The translations under genes were made by a program, and so were the position numbers. DNA of 64,000 bases. It comes from Terriglobia bacterium. GTDB taxonomy: Bacteria; Acidobacteriota; Polarisedimenticolia; Polarisedimenticolales; JAIQFR01. Of the stretch, positions 31,580 to 40,707 are shown piece after piece. The DNA is taken from contig CAVVHE010000009.1 in the NCBI GenBank assembly GCA_963748015.1, forward strand, positions 320,001 to 384,000, read 5' to 3'. Each line of letters starts with the position of its first letter. The stretch's first letter is position 1. Below the pieces are notes generated by a model. The model saw only the letters and a list, made by a program, of their open reading frames with translations. It ran no database searches and had not been told where the DNA came from.

Positions 31580-32734
31580 TCAGTCCCTCCGGTAGACGTT
31601 GACGAAGCAGTACTGCCCGATCCCGCCGACGTTGTGGGTCAGCCCGACGTCGGCGCCGGGAACCTGGCGCTCGCCGCACTCGCCGCGGAGCTGCCGCACG
31701 ATCTCGTAGGCCATCGACACGCCGGTCGCGCCGATCGGGTGCCCCTTCGCCTTGAGCCCGCCGTCCACGTTCACCGGCGTTGCGCCGCCGATGTAGGACT
31801 GACGCGCCTCGACGAAGGCGCCCCCCCGTCCCTTCTCGCAGAAGCCGAGGTCCTCGTACGCCATGATCTCGGCGATCGTGAAGCAGTCGTGGACGTCGGC
31901 GACCTTGACGTCGCGCGCCGCGATTCCCGCCATCGCGTAGGCCTGCCGCGAGGCCTCGGCCGCCGACGGCAGCCCGGTCAGGTCCGGCCGGCGCAGGACG
32001 GACATGCTCGAGGAGGCGCACCCGACGCCGTCGAGCCAGACGGCCGGGCGGCCCATCGTCCTCGCGCGCTTCTCCGACGCGAGGATCAGGCAGGCGGCGC
32101 CGTCGGCGTTCGCGCAGCAGTCGTACACCACGAACGGCGACGCCACCGGCTCGGACGCCAGCGCCTTTTCGAGCGTGATCTCCTTCCGGAACAGCGCCTT
32201 CTCGTTCCGCGCGCCGTAGTAGTGGTTCTTCACCGCGACGAGGGACAGTTGCTCGCGCGTCGTCCCGAACTCGTGCATGTGCCGCCGGGCGAACATCGCG
32301 TAGTAGCCGGGAAAAGTGGTGCCGAAGACCGACTCCCACTGGACCTCGCCCACCCGCCCCATCAGCGCGAGGATCTCCGCCGTCGTCAGCTCGGTCATCT
32401 TCTGGCAGCCGATGACCGCCACGACCTCGTGGAGCCCCGACCGGATCGCCATCCACGCCGTGCGGACCGCCGCCGATCCCGACGCGCACGCGACCTCCGT
32501 CAGCCACGTCGGCTTCGGGTTCAGCCCGAGGTACTCCTGGACCACCCCCGCGAGCGACCGCTGCTTGTGGTACTCCGGCACCGAGCCGATCACCGAAGCG
32601 TCGATCGCGTCCGGCCCGATCCCGGCGTCCGAGAGCGCGTCGCGGTAAGCCTCGAAAGCAAGCTCCTGCACGGTCGCATCCGACCGCTGCCCGAACCTGC
32701 CGTGACCTATTCCGACGACTCCTACCCGCGTCAT
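31580..32734 (-). CDS. Thiolase (SCP2/archaeal-type acetyl-CoA C-acyltransferase)
   Basis: AGGAG then ATG 32734. Motifs EVACASG, AVKNH, DGAA, VHDCFT, NVDGGLKAKGHPIGATG and HNVGG. Confidence 0.9.
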   Translation of the reverse strand: MTRVGVVGIGHGRFGQRSDATVQELAFEAYRDALSDAGIGPDAIDASVIGSVPEYHKQRSLAGVVQEYLGLNPKPTWLTEVACASGSAAVRTAWMAIRSGLHEVVAVIGCQKMTELTTAEILALMGRVGEVQWESVFGTTFPGYYAMFARRHMHEFGTTREQLSLVAVKNHYYGARNEKALFRKEITLEKALASEPVASPFVVYDCCANADGAACLILASEKRARTMGRPAVWLDGVGCASSSMSVLRRPDLTGLPSAAEASRQAYAMAGIAARDVKVADVHDCFTIAEIMAYEDLGFCEKGRGGAFVEARQSYIGGATPVNVDGGLKAKGHPIGATGVSMAYEIVRQLRGECGERQVPGADVGLTHNVGGIGQYCFVNVYRRD

Positions 32735-32756
32735 CGACCGTCTCCTACTACCAAAA

Positions 32757-32919
32757 GCCGGGAGTTCTCGTTCGAGGTCGACCCGAAGCGGCCCTGTTTT
32801 CGCGCGGCCATCTCTTCCTTGGATGGCCGCGCGAAAACCGGAGCGAGGCGGCGCGGCGACTCGCGCCGCGCGACGCCGAAGCGTGCCGCGCGGGTCGACC
32901 TCGAACGAGAACTCCCGGC
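32757..32919. repeat. 163-bp nested palindromic intergenic element (MITE-like, REPIN-like or structured RNA)
   Basis: Perfect 29-bp terminal inverted repeat (32757-32785 / 32891-32919). Inside it are a perfect 17-bp hairpin (32796-32812 / 32822-32838) and an 8-bp hairpin (32848-32869). Confidence 0.75.
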
Positions 32920-32941
32920 GTTGCACGCCGAGGACACCCGG

Positions 32942-33691
32942 CTAGATGTACTGTCCACCGTCCACCTTGATGACCTCGCCCGTGACGTGACGCGAGGCGT
33001 CGGAGCAGAAGAAGGCGACGACGTTCGCCACGTCGTCCGCGGTCGCGATCCGGCCGAGCACGGTCTCCTTGACGGCGGCGTTCAGGAACTCGGGAGCGAG
33101 CGACTCCGCCATCTCGGTCATCACCATGCCCGGCGCGACGCAGTTGACGTTGACGTTGAACTTCCCGAGCTCCTTCGCGAGCGACTTGGTCAGCGCGATG
33201 TTCCCGGCCTTCGACGCGGAGTAGTTCGACTGGGCGAACTTCCCGCGGATCCCGTTGATCGAGGAGACGTTGACGATCTTGCCGCTGCGCCGGTCCTTGA
33301 ACACCCGCGCCGCGGCGCGGTTGTAGTTGAAATACCCCTTCAGGTTCGTCTCGATGACGGTGTCCCACTGCTTCTCGGTCATCTTCCAGACCACGCCGTC
33401 CCAGGTGATCCCGGCGTTGCAGACGAGGATGTCGAGCCGGCCGAATTCCGCGACGATCGAGTCCACCGCGCGGTCGGCGGCGGCGAAGTCGGCGACGTCG
33501 GCCTGGATCGGCATCGCGCGCCGCCCCGTCTTGCGGACCTCTTCCGCCACGGCCTCCGCCGCGTCGGCCCGCCCGCGGTACGTGAACGCGACGTCGCACC
33601 CCCGCCGGGCCAGGCCGAGGACCACGGCGGCGCCGATCCCTCGGCTTCCCCCCGTCACGAGCGCCACCTTGCCTTCGAGCCCGAGGTCCAT
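32942..33691 (-). CDS. SDR oxidoreductase (FabG-like; probable 3-hydroxyacyl-CoA dehydrogenase of the lower pathway)
   Basis: Motifs VTGGSRGIG, CNAGI, NVSS, YSASK, NCVAPG and TGEVIKVDGG. Confidence 0.85.
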   Translation of the reverse strand: MDLGLEGKVALVTGGSRGIGAAVVLGLARRGCDVAFTYRGRADAAEAVAEEVRKTGRRAMPIQADVADFAAADRAVDSIVAEFGRLDILVCNAGITWDGVVWKMTEKQWDTVIETNLKGYFNYNRAAARVFKDRRSGKIVNVSSINGIRGKFAQSNYSASKAGNIALTKSLAKELGKFNVNVNCVAPGMVMTEMAESLAPEFLNAAVKETVLGRIATADDVANVVAFFCSDASRHVTGEVIKVDGGQYI

Positions 33692-33702
33692 CACGCCACC
33701 CC

Positions 33703-34665
33703 TCACTTCTTCCCGAGCGGCGCGCCGCACTTGCCGCAGAAGGCGAACTCCGAGGGGATCCCCTTCGCGCCGCACGACGCGCACGCATGGCGGTAGGGAC
33801 CCCACAGAAACTCGCTGCTCCGGCCCGACGCGGCCGCCTCGCGGAGGCCCCGGTAGTCCGGCTTGCGCTTCTCGACGAACGATTGCATCCCCTCGTACGG
33901 CTCGAGCGAGGTGAAGTGCGTCGAGAGCCAGTCCCGGGCGTGGCCGACCGTGGAGAACCAGGCGGCCTCCTTCCAGTAGTTGACCTGCTGCTTGGTGTAC
34001 CGGGTGCACTCGGGGAACTTGTCGAGGCACTGCTCCGCCATCGCCGCGACCTCCGCGTCGAGCCTGTCGCGCGGGACCACCCGGTTGACGAGCCCCCACT
34101 CGAGTGCCTGCTTCGCGGGGACCCTGGGGTTCAGGAACAGCATCTCCCGCGCGCGACGGTCGCCGACGTGGAGGCTCAGCCATTGCGTCGCGCCGCCGCA
34201 GGCGACGCTGCCGACGCTGGTGCCCACCTGGGCGACGTAGGTGTCGTCGGCCATGACGGCCAGGTCGCAGGCGAGCTGCGACTCGTTGCCGCCGCCGACC
34301 GCCATGCCGTTGATCCTGGCGATGGTCACCTTGCCGCTCCGCAGGATGCACTCGATGTACCGGCTGAAGAGGCCCATGTACTTGAAGTAGTCCCGCGGCT
34401 TCTGCGTGTAGACCGTGGCGTACTCCTTGACGTCGCCGCCGGTGCAGAACGCCTTGTCGCCCGCGCCGGTCAGCACGATGACGCCGACGCCGTCGTCGGA
34501 CGACGCGTCGTCGAACGCCGCGATCAGCTCGCGCAGCGTGTCGGTGGAGTACGAGTTGTAGACCTCGGGCCGGTTGATGGTGATCCGGGCCGTCATGTCC
34601 TTCTTCTCGTAGAGGACGTCCTTGAAGTTCAGCTCGGCGGCCGGCCTCGAGGGGAACATGTCCAT
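33703..34665 (-). CDS. oah: 6-oxocyclohex-1-ene-1-carbonyl-CoA hydrolase (ring cleavage, Oah/BamA-like)
   Basis: Motifs YNSYS, TGAGDKAFCTGGDVKEYA, YMGLF, INGMAVGGGNE and FPECTRYTK. C-terminal CASCG..FCGKCG. Confidence 0.75.
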   Translation of the reverse strand: MDMFPSRPAAELNFKDVLYEKKDMTARITINRPEVYNSYSTDTLRELIAAFDDASSDDGVGVIVLTGAGDKAFCTGGDVKEYATVYTQKPRDYFKYMGLFSRYIECILRSGKVTIARINGMAVGGGNESQLACDLAVMADDTYVAQVGTSVGSVACGGATQWLSLHVGDRRAREMLFLNPRVPAKQALEWGLVNRVVPRDRLDAEVAAMAEQCLDKFPECTRYTKQQVNYWKEAAWFSTVGHARDWLSTHFTSLEPYEGMQSFVEKRKPDYRGLREAAASGRSSEFLWGPYRHACASCGAKGIPSEFAFCGKCGAPLGKK

Positions 34666-34751
34666 CGTCGGTTTCCTCCGTGTCTCGGTCCGAATCAGGT
34701 CATCCGCGGCGGGGGAGGCGCCCCCACGGGGCGCCTCCGCCCGCCGCCGCT

Positions 34752-35663
34752 CTATTCGTCTTCCCCGGTACCCGGCGCCTTCCCGCGCACGCGCTCGCGC
34801 AGCGAGATCGCGCCGCTCTTGCCGTAACGCACCGCCAGCAGCTCGGCCGCGATCGAGACCGCGATCTCCCCGGGCGAGCGGCCGCCCGTGTCCAGGCCGA
34901 TCGGAGCCCGCACGTCCTCGAGGCGCCTGCGCTTCGCCTCGTCGGTGCCGAGGCTCTTGAAGACCCGGGCGACCTTCGCGCGGCTCCCGATCATCCCCAG
35001 GTAGCGCCACGGCTTCTCGAGGCACGAGGCGAGCACCGCCTCGTCCTGCTCGTGGCCGTGGGTCACGATCACGACGTAGGTCGTCTCGTCGAACGGGAGG
35101 GACGAGACGGCCGCGGGGAGCGGCTGGTGGACGAGCCGCACGGTCCGGGGGAAGCGCGCGGGATCGGGGAAGCCGGGCCGGTCGTCGAGCACGGTCACCT
35201 TGAACCCGGCGGCCTCCGCGACCGGCGCCAGCGCGATCCCGATGTGCCCCGCGCCGAACACGTGAAGCCGCGGCGGGACGAGGCAGGGCTGGACGTAGAA
35301 GTCGGCCTTGCCGACGCAGGCCTTGTCCAGGTTCTGCCCGGCCCCTCCGGAGAAGTCGTAGTGGAAGCGGCGCGGCCGCCCGTCGGCGAGCGCCTCGAGC
35401 GCGTGCCGGACGATCTTGTGCTCGAGGTCGCCGCCGCCCACCGTCCCGACGATCGTCCCGTCCTCGCGCACCGCCATGGCGGCGCCCATGCCGCGCGGGG
35501 CGGACCCCTCGGTTCCGACCACGGTCACGAGCGCGACGGGGCGTCCCTCCCCGGCCAGGTCCACGAATTCCCGGTACGCGTCGAGCTCGAGGCGCTCGAC
35601 CGGCTCGCCGATCTCGACGAGCGGGCCGGGCCCCGGAACGGCGCGCGGCTTGCGGGGCGTCAT
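34752..35663 (-). CDS. xdhC: XdhC/CoxI-family molybdoenzyme maturation chaperone
   Basis: Motifs GSAPRGMGA, GTVGGG, FGAGHIG, VIVTHGH, YLGMIGSR, APIGLD and EIAVSI. Confidence 0.88.
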   Translation of the reverse strand: MTPRKPRAVPGPGPLVEIGEPVERLELDAYREFVDLAGEGRPVALVTVVGTEGSAPRGMGAAMAVREDGTIVGTVGGGDLEHKIVRHALEALADGRPRRFHYDFSGGAGQNLDKACVGKADFYVQPCLVPPRLHVFGAGHIGIALAPVAEAAGFKVTVLDDRPGFPDPARFPRTVRLVHQPLPAAVSSLPFDETTYVVIVTHGHEQDEAVLASCLEKPWRYLGMIGSRAKVARVFKSLGTDEAKRRRLEDVRAPIGLDTGGRSPGEIAVSIAAELLAVRYGKSGAISLRERVRGKAPGTGEDE

Positions 35664-36334
35664 GGCGCCTCCGTTCCGCGGGCGAGGCCGCGGAGCACCA
35701 GGTCCGCCATCTCGTCGCCGAGGCGCTCGACCGGGCCGTCGCGGTTCGCGTCGTACCACATGAAGATCCAGTTGAGCATGCCGAACACGAACAGGGTCCG
35801 GTGGCGGCCGACGAGGCCGCCGGGATCCTGCCTCCCCTCGCGCGCGAGGAGGTCCTCGATCACCGTGGCGACCAGGCGGTAGTAGCGGCGGCGGAGGGTC
35901 TCGATCTCGCGGTACGCCTCGTCGCGCACCGATTCGAGCTCGAACGTGCAGACCTTCATCTCGCTCGGGTGCTTCGCGTAGAACGCGAGGTGCCCGACGA
36001 TCAGCCGGCGGAGCTTGTTCTCGGGCGGCTCCGGCACCGCGAACTCCGCCTGCTGCGCCTCGAGGAGCGACGAGAAGGTCCGGTGCTGGATCTTGAAGAG
36101 CAGGTCTTCCTTGCTCTTGAAGTAGTAGTACATGCCGGGGAGGCTGACCCCGGTCTCGCGCCCGACGTCGCGGATCGCCGTCTGCTCGTACCCCTTCCGC
36201 GCGATCAGCGAGGCCGCGGTGGACAGCAGGTGCTCGAGCTTTTGCTGCGTCCCGGCGCGCGGCCGGCGCACCCGCTCCCTCGGCATCACCGCGTCGGACG
36301 CCCTCGTCGCGCTCACCGTCAGCCTCTCCGGCAT
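35660..36334 (-). CDS. TetR/AcrR-family transcriptional regulator (alternative start 36286)
   Basis: HTH motif KGYEQTAIRDVGRETGVSLPGMYYYFKSKEDLL. C-terminal FGMLNWIFMWY is KstR2/PaaR-like. Confidence 0.88.
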   Translation of the reverse strand: MPERLTVSATRASDAVMPRERVRRPRAGTQQKLEHLLSTAASLIARKGYEQTAIRDVGRETGVSLPGMYYYFKSKEDLLFKIQHRTFSSLLEAQQAEFAVPEPPENKLRRLIVGHLAFYAKHPSEMKVCTFELESVRDEAYREIETLRRRYYRLVATVIEDLLAREGRQDPGGLVGRHRTLFVFGMLNWIFMWYDANRDGPVERLGDEMADLVLRGLARGTEAP

Positions 36335-39183
36335 CCGCGCTTCGAGGCGGGGGCCGCGTCCGCCACGGGCTCCGGCAGCTTCCCGAGTCCGCGCAGGATC
36401 TTCTCGGGGGTGATCGGAAGCTCGGTCACCCTTACGCCGCAGGCGTCGTAGATCGCGTTGGCGATCGCGCCGAGCGCGGGCAGGAGCGATCCCTCGCCGA
36501 TCTCCTTCGCGCCGAACGGCCCCCGCGGCTCGTAGCTCTCGACCGCCGCCGTGCGGATCTCGGGGGCCTCGCGGATCGTGGGCAAGAGGTAGTCGTGCAG
36601 GTTCGGGTTCTCGGGCGCGCCCGAGGCGTCGAAGGTCGTGTCCTCGAGGAGGGTCTCGCCGAGCCCCATGATCATCGCCCCCTCCACCTGGCCGTGGAAG
36701 GTGACCGGGTTGACCACGGTGCCCGCGTCGCTGAAGTCGGTGAATCGGTCGACGGTGACGTAACCGGTCTCGAGATCCACGGTCACCTCGGCGACCGCGG
36801 TCGAGAAGCTGTACGCCGGCGAGGTGCCGACCGTGCCTCCCTTGAACTCCCCGCCGAGGTGGACCGGCGGCGAGTAGGAGCCCGTGCCTACGACCGGCCC
36901 CCTCGCCGAGAACGCGAGGCGCGCCGCCTCGGCCCAGTCCATGCCGATGTCGGGGTGCTGCGGCACGAAGATCCGCCCGTTCCTGGCGATGAAGCCGTGC
37001 GGGTCGCAGCCGAGGCGCCTGCCCGCCGCCTCGAGAACCTGCGCCTTGACCGCGGCGGCCGCCTGGCGGACCGCGTTCCCACCCATCAGCGTGACGCGGC
37101 TCGAATACGAGCCGAGGTCGAGCGGGCTCAGCACCGTGTCGCAGTCCGCGAGCCAGACCCATCCGTACGGGATCCCCAGCTCCTCCGCGGCGATCTGGAC
37201 GAGCACCGTGTCGGAGCCCTGGCCGATGTCGGCGGCGGCGATGTGCAGCGACGCCCCCGTGCCGTCCTCGTGGACGCGGATCATGGCGTTCGAGTGCGGG
37301 AACTGCGACCGGTAGATCGGGTAACCCGCGCCCGACACGAAGCCGCCGCACCCGACGCCGATCCCCTTGCCGCGCGGGAGGCGTCCCTTCTTCCCGGCCC
37401 ATCCCGACCGTTCGCGCGCCTGCTCGAGCGTGGGGATGAACTCGCACGACGAGACGTCGAGCGCGTTGCAGGTCCGCGTCCCCGGCGTCATCGCGTTCTT
37501 GAGGCGGATCTCGAACGGGTCGAGGCCGAGGTCCTCGGCGAGCATGTCCATCATGGACTCGAAGGCGAAGCGCGGCTGCGGGACGCCGTGGCCGCGGAAC
37601 GCCCCCGACGCCGGCAGGTTCGTGTACACGCGCAGGCCGTCGTACTTGTAATTCGGGAACTTGTAGAGCGTCGGGAGCATCGAGCCGGCGTAGTAGGCGG
37701 TGATCACGCCGTACGACGTGTACGCGCCGCCGTCGAGGACCGACCGGAAGTCGACCGCGGTGATCGTCCCGTCGCGCTTCACGCCGACCTTGAGGTCCAT
37801 GTACTGCTTGTGGCGGCCGCGGAAGTGCAGGACCATCTCCTCCCGCGTGTACTCCATCATCACCGGGCGGCCGGTCCGTCGAGCGAAGATCGCGGCGCAG
37901 AAGTCGAGCGCCGTCGTCTCGGCCTTGGCGCCGAAGCCGCCGCCGACCGCCGGCTTGATCACTCGGATCGAGCCCATCGGGATCCCGAGCGTCCGCGACA
38001 TCGTTCGGTGGAGGTAGTGAGGCGTTTGCGTCGACGACCAGAGGGTCAGCCGCTCCCCGTGGTGCTCCCACCGCGCGAGCGCGGCGTGCGGCTCGAGCGG
38101 GCTCTGATAGGTCCGGTTCCCGACGAAGCGCTGCTCGCGGACGTGGTCGGCCTCGGCGAATCCCTTCTCGACGTCGCCGAAATCCCACTCGACGCGCGTG
38201 TTGACGTTTCCGGCGTATCGCGGGTTTTCGGGGTGGATCACGGGGGCGCCCGGGGCTGTCGCCGCGTCGGGGTCGAAGACCGCGGGCAGCTCCTCGTACT
38301 CCACGTCGATCAGCGCGAGCGCCCGCTCCGCCGTTTGCTCGTCCACGGCGGCGACGGCGGCGACCTCGTCGCCGACGTAGCGGACGCGGTCCTTCGCCAG
38401 GATCTGCTCGTCGTAGCGGGCGGGACTGACGCCGTACCACGCGTCCGGCACGTCCTGCCCCGTGATCACGTCGAGGACGCCCGGGAGCGCCCGGGCGCGG
38501 CTCGTGTCGATCTTCTTCACGATGCCGTGCGCGATCGGGCTCGTCAGGATCTTCCCGTAGATCATCCCCGGCAGGCGCAGGTCGGCGGTGTACTTCGCGC
38601 GTCCCGACACCTTGTCCGGCGCGTCGTAGCGGGTGACGCCGTGCCCCACGACGTCGTGGTCGCGCTCCTGGTCGCGCTCGGAGTCGTCGAGGGGGCGCGT
38701 GTCGAGCGGGGCCGAGGCGAATTCCTTCCACCCCGTCACGGCCTTCAGGATGCGCGGGTAGGCGGCGCAGCGGCAGAGGTTGCCGCCGAGCGCCTCCTTC
38801 ACGTCGTCGTCGGTGGGGGAGGGGTTCCGGTCGATCAGCCCCTTCGCGGACATGATCGTGCCGGGGGTGCAGTACCCGCACTGGAGCGCGCCGTGCTTGA
38901 CGAACGCCTTCTGCAGCGGGTGCAGCTCGCCGCCTTCCCCGAGCCCCTCGATCGTCGTGACACGCTTCCCGTCCGCCTGCGCGGCGAGCGTGATGCACGA
39001 CGCCACGGGATGGCCGTCGAGGAGGACGGTGCAGGCGCCGCAGTCGCCGGACTCGCACCCCTTCTTCGTGCCGGTGAGATTCAGGTGGTTCCGCAGCAGC
39101 GTCAGCAGGGTGGTGTTCGGCTTGACCGCGACGGCGTGCGGTTGGCCGTTGACCTCGAGCCGGACGACGAGCTCGGCACTCAT
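36319..39183 (-). CDS. Xanthine-oxidase-family molybdoenzyme with 2Fe-2S and Mo-binding subunits fused; 4-hydroxybenzoyl-CoA reductase (HcrC-HcrA)-like
   Basis: Motifs KKGCESGDCGAC, LQCGYC, NLCRC, KVSGRAKYTAD, GGGFGAK, AFRGHG, DIGQGSDT, GSYSSRVT and GPFGAKEIGEG. Lies in a benzoyl-CoA operon. Confidence 0.8.
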   Translation of the reverse strand: MSAELVVRLEVNGQPHAVAVKPNTTLLTLLRNHLNLTGTKKGCESGDCGACTVLLDGHPVASCITLAAQADGKRVTTIEGLGEGGELHPLQKAFVKHGALQCGYCTPGTIMSAKGLIDRNPSPTDDDVKEALGGNLCRCAAYPRILKAVTGWKEFASAPLDTRPLDDSERDQERDHDVVGHGVTRYDAPDKVSGRAKYTADLRLPGMIYGKILTSPIAHGIVKKIDTSRARALPGVLDVITGQDVPDAWYGVSPARYDEQILAKDRVRYVGDEVAAVAAVDEQTAERALALIDVEYEELPAVFDPDAATAPGAPVIHPENPRYAGNVNTRVEWDFGDVEKGFAEADHVREQRFVGNRTYQSPLEPHAALARWEHHGERLTLWSSTQTPHYLHRTMSRTLGIPMGSIRVIKPAVGGGFGAKAETTALDFCAAIFARRTGRPVMMEYTREEMVLHFRGRHKQYMDLKVGVKRDGTITAVDFRSVLDGGAYTSYGVITAYYAGSMLPTLYKFPNYKYDGLRVYTNLPASGAFRGHGVPQPRFAFESMMDMLAEDLGLDPFEIRLKNAMTPGTRTCNALDVSSCEFIPTLEQARERSGWAGKKGRLPRGKGIGVGCGGFVSGAGYPIYRSQFPHSNAMIRVHEDGTGASLHIAAADIGQGSDTVLVQIAAEELGIPYGWVWLADCDTVLSPLDLGSYSSRVTLMGGNAVRQAAAAVKAQVLEAAGRRLGCDPHGFIARNGRIFVPQHPDIGMDWAEAARLAFSARGPVVGTGSYSPPVHLGGEFKGGTVGTSPAYSFSTAVAEVTVDLETGYVTVDRFTDFSDAGTVVNPVTFHGQVEGAMIMGLGETLLEDTTFDASGAPENPNLHDYLLPTIREAPEIRTAAVESYEPRGPFGAKEIGEGSLLPALGAIANAIYDACGVRVTELPITPEKILRGLGKLPEPVADAAPASKRGCRRG

Positions 39184-40058
39184 GCGGCACGCTCCCGCGC
39201 GCGCAGCGCCGCCTCGGCGAGCGCGCGCCGGGCGAGCACCTCGACGAGGTGCCGCCGGAACGCCTCCGTCCCGCGGAGATCGGTGATCGGCCGGGCCTCC
39301 TCGGCCGCCTCGCGCGCCGCGCGCGCGAACGTCTCGTCGGTCGCCTGCTGCCCTTCGAGGAGCGCCGCGGTCTTCACGGCCAGCAGGGGAATCGGCGCCA
39401 CGGAGCCGAGCGCCACGCGCGCCGCGGCAATTCGCTTGCCGTCGAGGACGAGGCGGACCGCGACCGATGCGACCGCGAGCGCCGAGCCTCGACGCAACGC
39501 GAAACGCTGGTAGCTGACCCCGGAGTGCCTAGGCTGGGACGGGATGAGCACCTCGACCAGGAGCTCGCCCGGCTGGAGGACGGTGCGCCGCGGGCCGGCG
39601 AACAGCTCCTCCGCGGGGATCTCGCGCTGCCCGGACCCGCTCGCGAGGCGCACCGTGGCTCCCGCCACGATGCACGGCGGCGGCGTGTCGGCGCAGGGGA
39701 CGGCGCGGCAGAAGTTCCCGCCGATCGTCGCGAGGCTGCGAATCTGCGGGCTGCCGAGCGACATCGCCGCCTCGGCAAGCGCGGGAAGAGCCCGTCGCAC
39801 CTCGACCGACGCGCCCACCTCGCGGATCGTCGTCATCGCCCCGATCCTGAGGTGACCGCCGCTCGTCGAGATCCCGGTCAGCTCCGGCACGCGATCAAGG
39901 GCGATCAGATGAGCCGCGGTCTCCGCGCCTCGCCGGAAGTCGGGCATCAGCTCGGTGCCGCCCGCGAGGTAGAGCGCGCCCGCACCGAGCCGTCCCGGCA
40001 GCGCGCACGCCTCGGCCAGGGACTCCGGCCGGTGAAACGAAAAATCGCACGACGCCAT
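39180..40058 (-). CDS. FAD-binding subunit (HcrB/CoxM-like) lacking the [4Fe-4S] insertion
   Basis: Motifs LAGGTELM, IGAMTT, QIRSLATIGGN and ARPITDLRG. ATGA overlap with the next gene. Confidence 0.85.
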   Translation of the reverse strand: MASCDFSFHRPESLAEACALPGRLGAGALYLAGGTELMPDFRRGAETAAHLIALDRVPELTGISTSGGHLRIGAMTTIREVGASVEVRRALPALAEAAMSLGSPQIRSLATIGGNFCRAVPCADTPPPCIVAGATVRLASGSGQREIPAEELFAGPRRTVLQPGELLVEVLIPSQPRHSGVSYQRFALRRGSALAVASVAVRLVLDGKRIAAARVALGSVAPIPLLAVKTAALLEGQQATDETFARAAREAAEEARPITDLRGTEAFRRHLVEVLARRALAEAALRARERAA

Positions 40059-40117
40059 GTGCTGCTCCGCCCACCGTGCCCTTCCGGCCTTTGGCTCGAA
40101 AGGGCTCTTATGGAGTC

Positions 40118-40163
40118 TCGAACGAACGTTCGATAGGGTACGCTTGTTCGGATACGACGGCAA
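40118..40163 (-). promoter_or_regulatory. Sigma-70-type promoter and palindromic operator of the hcr-oah-dch-had operon
   Basis: Minus strand TTGCCG (40163-40158), 17 bp, TACCCT (40140-40135), 1 nt, then TCGAACG-N2-CGTTCGA (40118-40133). Confidence 0.65.
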
Positions 40164-40296
40164 CCGGAATCTGCGGATGATCGGGACCGCGCGACCGGCA
40201 CCCGTGCTCACGCATAAACTGCTTTTTTACAATTAGTTGTGCGTTTGGCGACGCAGGTTCGGCTTGGACACCTTGCCACGCCGCGCGGGGAGCGGA

Positions 40297-40707
40297 TCAG
40301 GCCTCGAACGCTTTCCGGACGACGTCGACGACGCGCCTGGCCTGACGCCGGGCTTCCCGCGCGTCCGCCTCGCGGTAGAAGTCCGAGGGGGTGAGGTCCT
40401 CGCTCCCGTAGAACGAAAGCTCGCGGTCGCGCCTCAGCCTTCGCGAGATCTCGCAGAGCTCGTCGAGCGCCGACGCGGCGGGCTTCGGGAGGCGAGCGGC
40501 GTTCTCCCGCAGGATGTCGCTCACGTCGTGAACCCTCGGGGCCTCGATGTCGCATCGCCGGAGGAGCCCTTTGAGCGCCAGCTCGACGACCTCCTGGGAT
40601 TCGCGGACCACGTCGGCCCAGCCGCGCTCCTCGTGGAGGACGTCCACCGCCTTGAGCCGCCGCGAGGCCCTCTCGAGGTAGTCCCTGGCCAGGTCGGGAT
40701 TCCTCAC
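40297..40707 (-). CDS. HEPN domain protein (toxin-family partner of the MNT protein)
   Basis: LARDYLERA..VVRESQEVVELALKGLL..PRVHDV..RRDRELSFYG. GTGA overlap with the MNT gene. Confidence 0.85.
   Translation of the reverse strand: MRNPDLARDYLERASRRLKAVDVLHEERGWADVVRESQEVVELALKGLLRRCDIEAPRVHDVSDILRENAARLPKPAASALDELCEISRRLRRDRELSFYGSEDLTPSDFYREADAREARRQARRVVDVVRKAFEA

Noticed and set aside
35660..39190. 1176-aa ORF as a giant TetR, and similar long N-terminal extensions on had, the ligase, SDR, dch, gcdH and HEPN
   Set aside because: These are stop-poor alternative frames of upstream genes in high-GC DNA. Most real starts are marked by an RBS or an ATGA/GTGA overlap.
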